Of a DNA stretch of 64,000 nt, positions 27,458-37,581 are shown in pieces. Position 1 is the first letter of the stretch. Each line of letters begins with the position of its first letter. The position numbers and the translations under genes are program-made. The stretch is from positions 1 to 64,000 of IMG/VR virus record IMGVR_UViG_3300013104_000001; one strand, written 5' to 3'. The notes under the pieces are model-generated. The model was given only the letters and a program-made list of their open reading frames with translations. It had not been told where the DNA came from and did not search any database.

Positions 27458-28432
27458 ATGGCTCAACAGATTTCCGTGGCAGACGTTGTCTACCCGTACA
27501 ACCCCCTGAATAACGTTGCCGGGGCACAAGGCATTGTAGAGAACCATACGTTGACTCCTGCGAACGGTGTGAACTATGTAACGATCATTCCACGTGCTGC
27601 ACCTTTCTTCCGCCGCACGGTAAAGATTATCAACGTTGCAACCGGCCAGCCTTTGGTGATGGATCAGAACTTTACCTTGGGTTACTTCTTTGCACCGTTC
27701 ACTGCACTGACTTATAAAGGTCTGTACGGTGGTATTACTTTCAACGAACTCGACGCCCCGATCGAAGTACAGATCACGTACGACACACTGGGTGGTGACT
27801 TTGTTCTGAACTCAACGAAGTATGCTGAACTTGCAGCGAACATCGTTAACAACCCGCGTGAGCTCGACTGGTCACAGATCGCTGATACACCGGCGACGTA
27901 TCCACCTATTGATCATCAGCACTCGGCTGACCAAACACTGAACTACATGGATTATGTTGAGCAGCTGGATGGTTTGAAAAGTGTAATTACTGCTGCGATC
28001 AATGGTTACGTTGGCGCACTTAATACACATATTGATACCGAAGGCAATGCGCACCAGATGACCAAGTTGCAGTTCGGTATTGGTAACGTACCTAACTGGG
28101 CGCCAGCAACAGTAGATGACCTGCCTTCACAAGGGTCTGATCTTGTGATGTCACTTGACATGGTAAAACGTGCTTTCAACTACATGTACACCGGTGCAAC
28201 AGTTACTGCGCTGAAGTCAGCCGTTGTTTCTGATGTGGTCTCGTCAGCGAGCATTGTCCAGCAGTTGGCTATCTTAAATGATGCGGGTCTGCTTACAACT
28301 GATGAAGTTGCTAACTTCACGCAATGGAAGACCTATCGGGCGCAGATGTTGATTAAGGCATCAACAGGGGCAGCTAACACGCTTACTCCGCCTGCAACCA
28401 ACACAGCCTTTGCCCGCCTGTTAGGAGGTTGA
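27458..28432 (+). CDS. tail/baseplate fibre-family protein 1
   Basis: ENHTL, APFF, TYDTLGG, YPPIDH, NAH..TK.Q.GIGNV.N motifs shared with the next three genes; GGAG RBS. Confidence 0.7.
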   Translation: MAQQISVADVVYPYNPLNNVAGAQGIVENHTLTPANGVNYVTIIPRAAPFFRRTVKIINVATGQPLVMDQNFTLGYFFAPFTALTYKGLYGGITFNELDAPIEVQITYDTLGGDFVLNSTKYAELAANIVNNPRELDWSQIADTPATYPPIDHQHSADQTLNYMDYVEQLDGLKSVITAAINGYVGALNTHIDTEGNAHQMTKLQFGIGNVPNWAPATVDDLPSQGSDLVMSLDMVKRAFNYMYTGATVTALKSAVVSDVVSSASIVQQLAILNDAGLLTTDEVANFTQWKTYRAQMLIKASTGAANTLTPPATNTAFARLLGG

Positions 28433-28433
28433 T

Positions 28434-29696
28434 ATGACAGGGACTCTGTTTCCCGATGTGGTGCGACTTGAATTCGACATCACAGGTGTCAGCGCCGATA
28501 ACCGCATTATTGACGATGTCATTGAGATTCCTGATGAGTTGACTAACCGTGCGATTGTATTGAAACACGGTGCGTTCTATTCCAACTCATTAGTGTTAAC
28601 CGATGACAGCGGTAATATGCTGACCAAATGGGTCGACTATAAACCTGTCTACCCTTATAACCGTCCTGAGCTTAACCTGGATGAAATGACAGGTAAGTCT
28701 ACTGCTGCGTTTATCATGATCACCAACGATAATCTCAAAGGACGGGTAACCGCGACTTACCAAGCAGTTGGCTTACCATCGGGGATCTCTAACCGTGATC
28801 TTACGGATATCTTAAATGCGATTGCAAATGATAACCGTAAGTACTACTGGGATGATATCTTTAATAAGCCGGATAAGTTTCCCCCTTCACCACACACGTT
28901 GGATATAAAGGACACTTATAACTGGGCGCCGATGACAGAAGCCATGGCACGGTTCCATACCTGTTTACAGAACGTCAGTCATCTGCCTTCAATACAAGGG
29001 TATATCGATTCGCTGGACAGTTCCTTTGCGGCGACAGCTGTGCGCCTGCTTGCTATCTATAACACGTTCATTGCTCACCGCCGTAATTATAGTAACCCAC
29101 ATGTTGATACTAAGAGCACGTTGGTTGGTCTTAATAACGTCGATGACTTTGACATGGCGTCTTTAGCTGAAGCGATTGCCGGTACTGCGTCAAACAAGTT
29201 CTTATCGCCACAGACAGCGTCGGGTGCCGCGTATGACACCTTGCTTAAGAACGATAAGTCGATCGTCCACGTAGGTTGGGTTCCGATGCTGCAGTTCGGT
29301 GATCTGAGTTCAACACCTATTCCGTTTACGATCAACGGGTTTGTCCTGAACATTACGGCAGCGGTACCTGCAATCATGGCATCACGGGAATGGACACTAC
29401 CAGTTAGCAGCATTAAGTTAACTGATTTTGTACCATCGCCTGCCAATAAAACCCTCTTCCTTTATGTGCGTGTCCGTAATGGGAAAGCCTCGTACGAGGT
29501 CGCAGAAGCGGCATCACCTGAGACCACGACTTATGTGAACGTAGGTCGTATCGTCTGTGGAGCGAGTGCAATCACCTCAGCTGTACTGACAAAGGTTTCA
29601 GGGCTGGGTACTGCGCGTGTATCTGAAACGAAGATTGGTTCTGCCATTGCTGCAACTGCGGGACTGCCATCACAGTCTGCGAATTTGAACTGGTAA
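28434..29696 (+). CDS. tail/baseplate fibre-family protein 2
   Basis: FDITG N-terminus, WDDIFNKP..FPP..H, NPH motif, shared C-terminal domain ending GLP....NW. Confidence 0.72.
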   Translation: MTGTLFPDVVRLEFDITGVSADNRIIDDVIEIPDELTNRAIVLKHGAFYSNSLVLTDDSGNMLTKWVDYKPVYPYNRPELNLDEMTGKSTAAFIMITNDNLKGRVTATYQAVGLPSGISNRDLTDILNAIANDNRKYYWDDIFNKPDKFPPSPHTLDIKDTYNWAPMTEAMARFHTCLQNVSHLPSIQGYIDSLDSSFAATAVRLLAIYNTFIAHRRNYSNPHVDTKSTLVGLNNVDDFDMASLAEAIAGTASNKFLSPQTASGAAYDTLLKNDKSIVHVGWVPMLQFGDLSSTPIPFTINGFVLNITAAVPAIMASREWTLPVSSIKLTDFVPSPANKTLFLYVRVRNGKASYEVAEAASPETTTYVNVGRIVCGASAITSAVLTKVSGLGTARVSETKIGSAIAATAGLPSQSANLNW

Positions 29697-29748
29697 GGGT
29701 GAGTGGGTGATCCCCTCACCCACTTTCCGATATCCCAGGAGATATCCA

Positions 29749-32700
29749 ATGAATACCCCGATTCTTACGAAATATAAATTTGATGTTACGGGTAAAGATC
29801 CACAGAATTTGATTGGGGGTGAGCGCCACACACTTAACCCTGGTCCGAAGAACAAGATCATCGCCTCACTGGAAGGTCCGTTCTTTTCTGATACAGTAAA
29901 AGTTCGTTTACCCAACGGGAGTTATCTCGAACCTTGGGTCGACTTCCAGCCCGTGCATCATTTCCCAGAAGCCTCTAAGAAGACTGGGCGTTCATGTACT
30001 TGCTTTGTTAAGATCCTTAATGAAACGGTTGTGGGTGATATCTTTGTTGAGTATCAAGTGGTCGGTGGTTTGTTTAACTACAATTCCGTTACGCTTGAGA
30101 ATCTGCTGTGGGCGATCATCAATGATGAACGTGACGTACTGTGGGATAACATCAACAACCGTCCAGCGACATACCCGCCTTCGTATCACACCCATGACAT
30201 CTTCATGGATACGTACGGTTGGGAAGATCGCATCGCATTCAGTAACTGGGTTGCTGACGGTCTTATCCTGCGCGGTGAAACTCTGAACTATGAAGGGTTT
30301 ACCAATAAGGTGGCCGTTGTTCTCAATCAGATCAAACAACTGCAGTCGGATATCAACGGTGAGATCTTAGCGCACTCTGCTGAGAACGGTAACCCGCATG
30401 CGGATACCAGCAAAACGTTTGGTATCACTAAACTGCAGAACCTGGCTACCGCTGACAGCGTTCAGGCTGTTGAAGGTTTACGTCCTGATTTGCGTCTGAC
30501 AGTAAAAGGTGCGCAGGATATTCTGTCGAATGCATTAGCCGGATATTCTGCAAACTTAGTACATCAGGGTAACTTACCGGTTACACGCTTTGGTAACCTT
30601 AACTTCTTACAGCCAGGTATCATTGGTTCGTTTGAAGGTGCTTCGATGGTTGATGCACACGACCACTTTGCACAGGTGGTTGAGAACGACGGTACGTACA
30701 TTCGTCTTCGTCCAGGTACCAATGGTGAATCGATTGCGTTGTATTACGACTATGTAACCAACATCCATCGTAACATCAATACGTTTACCGTCATCAACAC
30801 CAACAACAAATATACACCATCTGGTTTGGATCAGGCGTATATTCCGGCCCGTCTGTTTGACTGCCAAGGTGATGTCATCGCGGGTATCATGTACAACAAA
30901 GCTGCCTTGCCTGCAACCAGTGATTACAAATATTGGATTGCGCTGACGAACGGTACGCTGGATAGCACCAAGCATAACTGCGCGCAGATCAGCAATGCGT
31001 TCTTTACCATGGATGATGGTTCGACGCAAGAGTTCAGTCCGTCATGGACACAGCTTTGCATGATCGGTTCTCGTATCTACGTGATCCATCAAAACCCGAA
31101 TGTCGCAACCACTATGCTGGCAGGCGGTACAATCCTCGACAATGCTATTCCGCAGATCTATCTGGGGTATATCAACGTTGCAGACATCATCGCTGGCGGT
31201 CCAGTTACCTTTACCCAAATCACTGGCTGGACGACAACCTTCTTAGGTCAGGTGCGTGCACCTGCACGCAGTATGCAGATCTGTGACCAGGTAGTTGGTC
31301 GCTCTAATCAGCATGTGTTAGTACGTTACGATGGTGGTCAGTATGTCAGGGCCCAGTATCGTTCTTGGCCGGGTAGCTACGGTAAAATGGCAGCGAACAG
31401 TGATGGCACGTTAACGATGTTGATTGATTTTACTATTAACGTCGATGGTCGTAACAACTCTAATATCTCGGTGTATCCAATTCGTTTTATTATTGATGTT
31501 AACGCCAGAACTGCTCGGGCTGCTGATACCATGAATCCGTTTACTGCGGCTGATGATACAAGCAGTACATTGAAGTTATCTGTGTTCACCAATGGATCTA
31601 ACCTTAACTTCTTTAAACTGCGTGGGGTTAATGACGGTAGTGCTGCCCTGAGTGGGGATTACCACGGCAGTCGCCTGATCACCAAGAAAGGGTATTCAGT
31701 TTATACCGGTCGTGCACAAGCAGCGAACGTGGGAATGCGCATCGATATCCAACAGATTCCTAACTTTGTGGATGCGGATACTTACTGGCGAAACCCAGCG
31801 GCATATACCAACGTGTTGTTGCGTTCTGTCACCGATGGCACGTCCTATGGATCAGAGGCTAAAGGTAACTTACGTTGCCCAATTCTCTTTCCAAATAACC
31901 GACTGGGCTACTGGGCATTTGATGGCAGCAATACGTACTTTGCTTCTCAACCACTTGTGGGTAACGGCGACTTCCCATACAAGCTGATTGGACTGGGCAA
32001 TGTTCAAGGTTTCCAACCGTCTAACGATCGGGTCAGAGCCGCAACATACCCTAGCCGGGAAATCATCACCGAGATCAATGGCGGATCAGTGGTTACCCAT
32101 TGTCGCTCAATCTCCGATGATGCACCGAGTGGTGCCGCTAACATCGATACCGCATTGAATACTTCAGGTGCGATCAGTACCGATGTGAATTATCTGCGTG
32201 CTCAAGGTCAGCGAGTACTTAACCAGTTAGGAATCACTGCCACTAAGTATCGGTGTATACTGTTCGTCCCAACGGATGGCGGAATGTCTCTGATGCTTAA
32301 GGTTGTCGGTTTCACACCTGCGCAGGCTAACGGTATCACTGACACTATCACAGCGATCGCTACGGTGTCCTATGGCGGTGCACGTGACGGCGTATTAAAT
32401 GGTTGGACTGCCAACCTCGATGACATCATCAGTAAACCGCAATCAGTGGGTACTTCGGATATCTCTCGTATCCAAACCACCTTCGGTATGCTGACGTATA
32501 AAGTCGGCGGTGAGTACATTATTGCAATGGGCGGGTTCTATTGCCCATACACCGTTGGTCCTGCTAACAACTTACCGTTAGTGTACCTGAAGATGACCAA
32601 TGGTCGTATTTCCGGTAACCAGGCAAACCTGTACTTTGTTTCACCGTATGTCGATCTGTTGTCGAACACGCCTTTTGCACTTCCGGGTAAAGGTTTCTTT

Positions 32701-33237
32701 GTTACCTATTCTGACGGTAACTATCCGATACCGGTTACACCAAGCATGCAATCAGCCGTGGGTCCATGTGCAATTGTATTAGCCGCACAAGGTGAGAACT
32801 TTGACACGATTCGTCAATGGACCATTCCAGGTAATGGCACCTCGGTGTTACTGTCACAAACGGTAGAGCAAGGTTGGATTCTGTATTTTGCAGAACCTAT
32901 CCCAATCATCCTGGGTGGTCGTGAATACACCATTCCAATTACCAGTATTGACCTGCGCACGATAAAGGCCAATCCGGCAAGTACGACCTACTATGTTTAC
33001 ATTGAGGTTGTCAATGCAACGACGGCGAAGTACACCATCTCAGCCACAGAGTTAACTGCTGAAACCACCCGTATGTTTATCGGGACAGTTGCTACGAACA
33101 CTTCACAGATCAATGCGATCAATATTACGAAGCGTTCAGGGATTCATAAGTACCAGATCTCTGCAACTAAAATGGGTTCATCTATTCCTGTGTCGACTGG
33201 TCTGCCGCAACAAACGGGTAACTGGAGTCAGGCGTAA
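29749..33237 (+). CDS. large tail fibre/receptor-binding-like protein 3
   Basis: Same N-module as 28434, beta-rich central region, shared C-terminal domain; AGGAG RBS before ATG 29749. Confidence 0.75.
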   Translation: MNTPILTKYKFDVTGKDPQNLIGGERHTLNPGPKNKIIASLEGPFFSDTVKVRLPNGSYLEPWVDFQPVHHFPEASKKTGRSCTCFVKILNETVVGDIFVEYQVVGGLFNYNSVTLENLLWAIINDERDVLWDNINNRPATYPPSYHTHDIFMDTYGWEDRIAFSNWVADGLILRGETLNYEGFTNKVAVVLNQIKQLQSDINGEILAHSAENGNPHADTSKTFGITKLQNLATADSVQAVEGLRPDLRLTVKGAQDILSNALAGYSANLVHQGNLPVTRFGNLNFLQPGIIGSFEGASMVDAHDHFAQVVENDGTYIRLRPGTNGESIALYYDYVTNIHRNINTFTVINTNNKYTPSGLDQAYIPARLFDCQGDVIAGIMYNKAALPATSDYKYWIALTNGTLDSTKHNCAQISNAFFTMDDGSTQEFSPSWTQLCMIGSRIYVIHQNPNVATTMLAGGTILDNAIPQIYLGYINVADIIAGGPVTFTQITGWTTTFLGQVRAPARSMQICDQVVGRSNQHVLVRYDGGQYVRAQYRSWPGSYGKMAANSDGTLTMLIDFTINVDGRNNSNISVYPIRFIIDVNARTARAADTMNPFTAADDTSSTLKLSVFTNGSNLNFFKLRGVNDGSAALSGDYHGSRLITKKGYSVYTGRAQAANVGMRIDIQQIPNFVDADTYWRNPAAYTNVLLRSVTDGTSYGSEAKGNLRCPILFPNNRLGYWAFDGSNTYFASQPLVGNGDFPYKLIGLGNVQGFQPSNDRVRAATYPSREIITEINGGSVVTHCRSISDDAPSGAANIDTALNTSGAISTDVNYLRAQGQRVLNQLGITATKYRCILFVPTDGGMSLMLKVVGFTPAQANGITDTITAIATVSYGGARDGVLNGWTANLDDIISKPQSVGTSDISRIQTTFGMLTYKVGGEYIIAMGGFYCPYTVGPANNLPLVYLKMTNGRISGNQANLYFVSPYVDLLSNTPFALPGKGFFVTYSDGNYPIPVTPSMQSAVGPCAIVLAAQGENFDTIRQWTIPGNGTSVLLSQTVEQGWILYFAEPIPIILGGREYTIPITSIDLRTIKANPASTTYYVYIEVVNATTAKYTISATELTAETTRMFIGTVATNTSQINAINITKRSGIHKYQISATKMGSSIPVSTGLPQQTGNWSQA

Positions 33238-33241
33238 TGTC

Positions 33242-33269
33242 GGGAGGGGGAAACCCCTCCTTTTATTTT
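33242..33269 (+). terminator. hairpin with U-rich tail
   Basis: GGAGGGG-GAAA-CCCCTCC-TTTTATTTT. Confidence 0.7.
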
Positions 33270-33282
33270 GAAAGGAGTTGTC

Positions 33283-36200
33283 ATGAGCGACAACCTGACG
33301 GTTGATCCGGGTAGTTGGGGTGTGTTCTATGCCTCGATTGAAGCATTGACCTGGAAATTACAAAACGCACGTTATTCACAATACGACCTGGCAACAGGTG
33401 TCATGACCAACTTCACCAATACGGTTGAGGCGTTGGTTGCGGAAGCACAATCCAATTTCAACGCTCATGCGAGCAACCGTACCAATATCCATAAAGTCAA
33501 CGCTATGCAGATTGGCTTTGGGTTGGTTGATAACTTCAAAACGGCAACCGTGGCACAGGCAGGCGAAGGCGGTTATGATAATCTCTTCATTACGCCACAG
33601 GGTTATAACGCATTAGCCGCGAAAGTGTTTGGTGACTTTGGTTCATCTTTGCATCACCAGGGAATCAACCCTATCTCTACTTTCGGATCACTCTCCTTCT
33701 TACCACCGGATATCTCAGGTTCGTTTGAAGGCTCGGGACAGTTGTCAGGTAACTCCTGTGGACCAATGATCATTGAAGACGATGGTACGTTGGTTGGTTT
33801 GCGTTACGGTGCAACAGGTACATCAGAAGGACTGTACTATTTCTACCTGCCTTCTGCTGAAGACCGTATTGACAATGTCAGCCCGATTCGCACGAACTAT
33901 AAGTACGTGCCGTCCAACCTGCCGAGTGGAACGTATTGTTCTGATATCTACAACAATGACTCTGAAGTATTACTGGGTGCGATTAAAGGGTCTAGTTCAG
34001 TTGATCGGTTTATCTCACTGACCAACGGCACCTTTGATGTGAGCAAGCATTACACCGCTTACTATAAAGTGGCAGGTATGGTTGATGCTAATTACCATAT
34101 CCGGTTTATGACCGCAGCCATCGTCGGCAACTATGTTTATATTTTTGGTGGCTACGAAGATGCTGTGAATTGTGTTGCGGATGCTAACGGTAACACAGAG
34201 CTGACGGGTGCGGTTAGACTTGTCACCTGGCGTGTAGCGATCTCAGCGATTCAGGCAGGCGGTACTGTAACACTGGAAACGGTTACGGCATGGGCATGTA
34301 AAGATGTCTATGGTCGTAATGTATCGAGCACTGACGTTCTCATTGCCCAGCAGTGGGTAAGCGGTAATGCTGATAACAAGCCGTATGTTTATGTTACTAA
34401 TAAACAGCTGTTTTCCGTCAGCGTGCAGAATGCCCAACGTCGCTTGCAATCCGTAGTGAACCCAGCTAATCCGAACCAGGTGCGTGTGAATTACCATCAC
34501 ACTGTCTATGCTCAGGCGAAAGCCAGCGGTAGCGGTCTGGCGCCTATTGCGCTGTCTATCTTAATTGACACAGCAGCCAAGACAGCGGTAGTGGAAGATA
34601 ACCCCGGTCCAATCACCATTTCCGGTAACCAGTACAATGCCCCGATAAGCACGCCTTTACAGACGGGCTCAACAACGGCGACCGGCATGGATGTACAGGG
34701 TGGCAATCGGCATCAAAATACGATTGTTACTAACCGTGGTTATTTGTTAACGCGCATGTCGGGTAATCAGCCGGATGAGAATCCTTTATACGGTAAAGCT
34801 CAAATCCTTAACTTCGTCTCTCGTTTTGATGCGATGCGTGAGCGTAGCCGTGTCACTCGGTTAATCACTCAGGTGAGTGATCCATTGGTAACAGGCACGG
34901 CGCTGACCAACGGTTTCATGAAACCTCAGCTGCTCCGAGGATTTGGTTTGCTGTTAACCAGCAGCAGGTATAAGGAATCTAACTACTACAATTACGGAAC
35001 CACAAAACGTGTTGTAGTTACCGGTAATGCTAACTTCCCGTATAAACTACTGGATGGTCGCACTATCACGGGTTTCGCGCCTAATGGTAATCGTTCTGAA
35101 ATCCCAGCTGATCGAACTTCGATTGACCGCTATCGGTTTGTCCATGTTATCACTCAAGTGGACAGCGCGGGTAACATCACTTCGTCACCTTCTGTAATCT
35201 GGGAAGATAACGATAAGTCAAGCAGTTGGGTTGGTTGTACAGACATCGACGCTAACCTGAACATGACCGGTTCATTTAGTTTCAGTAAAGCTGAGATGAA
35301 TGCGTTGGCTAAAGCTGCCATTACACAAGTACTGGGTAAAGCACCAACTCTCAGTATGGGATTGATTTATGTACCGCAAGATACTGCGGTGCCATTGATC
35401 ATGGTGTGTAACGGAGAAGTCCTGCGTGATGACGGTACGGCTTACCGAGCGGCATTTGCGTTAGTTGAGCTTAACTACACGGGATCGCGTTCAGGTAATG
35501 TAACTGGCTACACCATCAAACGCATTATCGACCGGCGTATTGAAGAACAGCAGCCATCTGGTGTTATCATGGACTTTGCTGGACAAGGTGGTCTGAATAT
35601 CTACAAGACTGCTGCGGGTGATTATCTCTTAGGGATTGGTTGTCCACCTAACCATCAGACATATGGCGGTATTTACAGCTATGTGTGGTATGCAGCAATT
35701 CGTGCAGGTACCGGGACCATTGAAGACAGCACCATTAAGTTGTTTGGACACGGCTATTACCCAACCGCCTCTAACCCAACGCCATTAGCTGTACCGGGTT
35801 CAGGTCTGTGTGTAATGGACTCTACATCACAAGTCAACAATGCCACGGCGGTATTGGTGATGGATTCGATGGCGACGACGTATCAGGAGTTCTTAACCTG
35901 GCAGTCACGTGGGAAGTTTATCCTGGCGGCACAACAGGTTGAACAGGGTTATCTCGTTTACTTCACAGCACCTACCCAGGTGTTCTTAGCAGGTAACGAA
36001 TACACTCTTCCAGCCGGCAGCATCGATCTGCGTAGCATCAAGGCGAATCCAGCCAGCACAACGTTTTATCTGTACGTGCAGTTGGTTGATGAAGCAGTGT
36101 CGTATCTGATTACCACAGCGGCACAAGCTCCATCGATATCACTGATGTATATCGGCACCATTGTTACTAACACTACCCAGATCCAATCGATCAGCGTCAG

Positions 36201-36312
36201 CAAGAAAGTGCGTGTAGAGACTTTTGAGTTGTCAGCTAACCGTATTGGTTCGGCTATCCCAATCTCCACTGGGGTGCCATCTGGCGCAGGTAACTTTGCG
36301 TGGCGTAACTAA
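33283..36312 (+). CDS. large tail fibre/receptor-binding-like protein 4
   Basis: Paralog of 29749 (FG.L.FL.P.I.GSFEG, LTNGT.D.SKH, shared C-terminal domain); AAGGAG RBS before ATG 33283. Confidence 0.75.
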   Translation: MSDNLTVDPGSWGVFYASIEALTWKLQNARYSQYDLATGVMTNFTNTVEALVAEAQSNFNAHASNRTNIHKVNAMQIGFGLVDNFKTATVAQAGEGGYDNLFITPQGYNALAAKVFGDFGSSLHHQGINPISTFGSLSFLPPDISGSFEGSGQLSGNSCGPMIIEDDGTLVGLRYGATGTSEGLYYFYLPSAEDRIDNVSPIRTNYKYVPSNLPSGTYCSDIYNNDSEVLLGAIKGSSSVDRFISLTNGTFDVSKHYTAYYKVAGMVDANYHIRFMTAAIVGNYVYIFGGYEDAVNCVADANGNTELTGAVRLVTWRVAISAIQAGGTVTLETVTAWACKDVYGRNVSSTDVLIAQQWVSGNADNKPYVYVTNKQLFSVSVQNAQRRLQSVVNPANPNQVRVNYHHTVYAQAKASGSGLAPIALSILIDTAAKTAVVEDNPGPITISGNQYNAPISTPLQTGSTTATGMDVQGGNRHQNTIVTNRGYLLTRMSGNQPDENPLYGKAQILNFVSRFDAMRERSRVTRLITQVSDPLVTGTALTNGFMKPQLLRGFGLLLTSSRYKESNYYNYGTTKRVVVTGNANFPYKLLDGRTITGFAPNGNRSEIPADRTSIDRYRFVHVITQVDSAGNITSSPSVIWEDNDKSSSWVGCTDIDANLNMTGSFSFSKAEMNALAKAAITQVLGKAPTLSMGLIYVPQDTAVPLIMVCNGEVLRDDGTAYRAAFALVELNYTGSRSGNVTGYTIKRIIDRRIEEQQPSGVIMDFAGQGGLNIYKTAAGDYLLGIGCPPNHQTYGGIYSYVWYAAIRAGTGTIEDSTIKLFGHGYYPTASNPTPLAVPGSGLCVMDSTSQVNNATAVLVMDSMATTYQEFLTWQSRGKFILAAQQVEQGYLVYFTAPTQVFLAGNEYTLPAGSIDLRSIKANPASTTFYLYVQLVDEAVSYLITTAAQAPSISLMYIGTIVTNTTQIQSISVSKKVRVETFELSANRIGSAIPISTGVPSGAGNFAWRN

Positions 36313-36315
36313 GGT

Positions 36316-36360
36316 CAGCATAAGGAGAGGGCGATTGCCCTCTCCTCTATGCCGTCTTTT
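36316..36360. terminator. bidirectional GCATA...TATGCCG element
   Basis: CAGCATAAGGAGAGGGC-GATT-GCCCTCTCCTC-TATGCCGTCTTTT between convergent genes. Confidence 0.8.
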
Positions 36361-37297
36361 ATATTGGACCTGATGTTTGTGAACCACCGCTCTGCACACC
36401 ACCGTGTTTGTGACTCTTCAGTGATATCCCGCCGGCATTAACGTCAGCCGGTGTGGTTAATCCGCCCGAAGTATCAATCTTACCAATGTGATGGATATCC
36501 CCGTTGATAGTAACACCACCTGGTGAATCGATGGAAGTGGTATTGGTCTTCAACTGGAACGTATCATTGGCTTGGATCTGCATGGTTTGACAAAGCATCT
36601 TGATCAGCTTCTGTGCAGTCAGGCTAAAGTTCTCCTGTGCAATGATCTCGATGTTCTTCTTACTCATGGTGATCAGACACTTATCGGTATTGGTGATCTG
36701 CCATAAGGCATTCAGTGAGTCCAGTACCAGGTTGTTATCCAAATCATCGGCAAGGGAGAATAGGCCTTCACCGTAGTCAGCTTTAATGACATACTGGACT
36801 TGTTCTCCGTTGGCTTTTGAGTTGGACATCATAAAGTGTTTCTTATGAGATGACCATTCAATGAAGTACCAATCACCTTCACCAATGTCTTTATCTTCAG
36901 TGGTAGCGGGCGAGCCACTGATAGCAATAACGACTGTCTCTAAACGGCGTAGGTTGTCATCAAGACCGGACTCGGTCCAGTAGTACTTATCTTCATCACC
37001 TACTTGCCAGATAACAACACGCTCGCCTTTAACAACATCGGGAGCGGTAACGCGGTTAGACCTGAACGGGAACCATATTGCTGACATTGATGAGTTAGTC
37101 ACAACCTTGTCTTCAATCGCATTCCCATTTGAATCCTTTCCTTTATACGTCATGACCTGTGGATTCACATCCGCAGTACCTGACATCATCGGTTGGGTTT
37201 CACGCGGAATAACCTGGATCTCTTTGCTGTTCGTGTCCTTGGGGGCGGCAACGACACCCATTGAATAAAACTTCAAGACAGAAATGTTACTGGCCAT
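36359..37297 (-). CDS. baseplate central spike (phiKZ gp164 / P2 gpV-like)
   Basis: N-terminal OB-like region, beta-helix-like repeats, C-terminal SLKSHKHGGVQSG HxH iron-binding tip. Confidence 0.85.
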   Translation of the reverse strand: MASNISVLKFYSMGVVAAPKDTNSKEIQVIPRETQPMMSGTADVNPQVMTYKGKDSNGNAIEDKVVTNSSMSAIWFPFRSNRVTAPDVVKGERVVIWQVGDEDKYYWTESGLDDNLRRLETVVIAISGSPATTEDKDIGEGDWYFIEWSSHKKHFMMSNSKANGEQVQYVIKADYGEGLFSLADDLDNNLVLDSLNALWQITNTDKCLITMSKKNIEIIAQENFSLTAQKLIKMLCQTMQIQANDTFQLKTNTTSIDSPGGVTINGDIHHIGKIDTSGGLTTPADVNAGGISLKSHKHGGVQSGGSQTSGPI

Positions 37298-37372
37298 AGC
37301 AAACCCTAATGTTATTTTTTACGTAATTCGATCATGGTATAACGTAAGACCGAATCTAAACAGGAAACGATC

Positions 37373-37567
37373 ATGAAAGACGTATTCTTTATTAAAGGCG
37401 AACCACAACAGATCCCTGAGTGGTTGTCTCAAGCAATTCTGGAAGGTACGGTTATTGTCCGTGGTGACTCCGGTACCGACGTTCAACATTTCATTGTTAA
37501 TGGCGAAATAGCGTCAGTGGGTAATCAACTAATCTTTGACGGAACCAATATCACCATCAACTCATAA
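37373..37567 (+). CDS. small hypothetical protein
   Basis: AGGAAA RBS; fills the gap before the SbcC-like gene. Confidence 0.65.
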   Translation: MKDVFFIKGEPQQIPEWLSQAILEGTVIVRGDSGTDVQHFIVNGEIASVGNQLIFDGTNITINS

Positions 37568-37581
37568 GCGGCCGAGCCATC

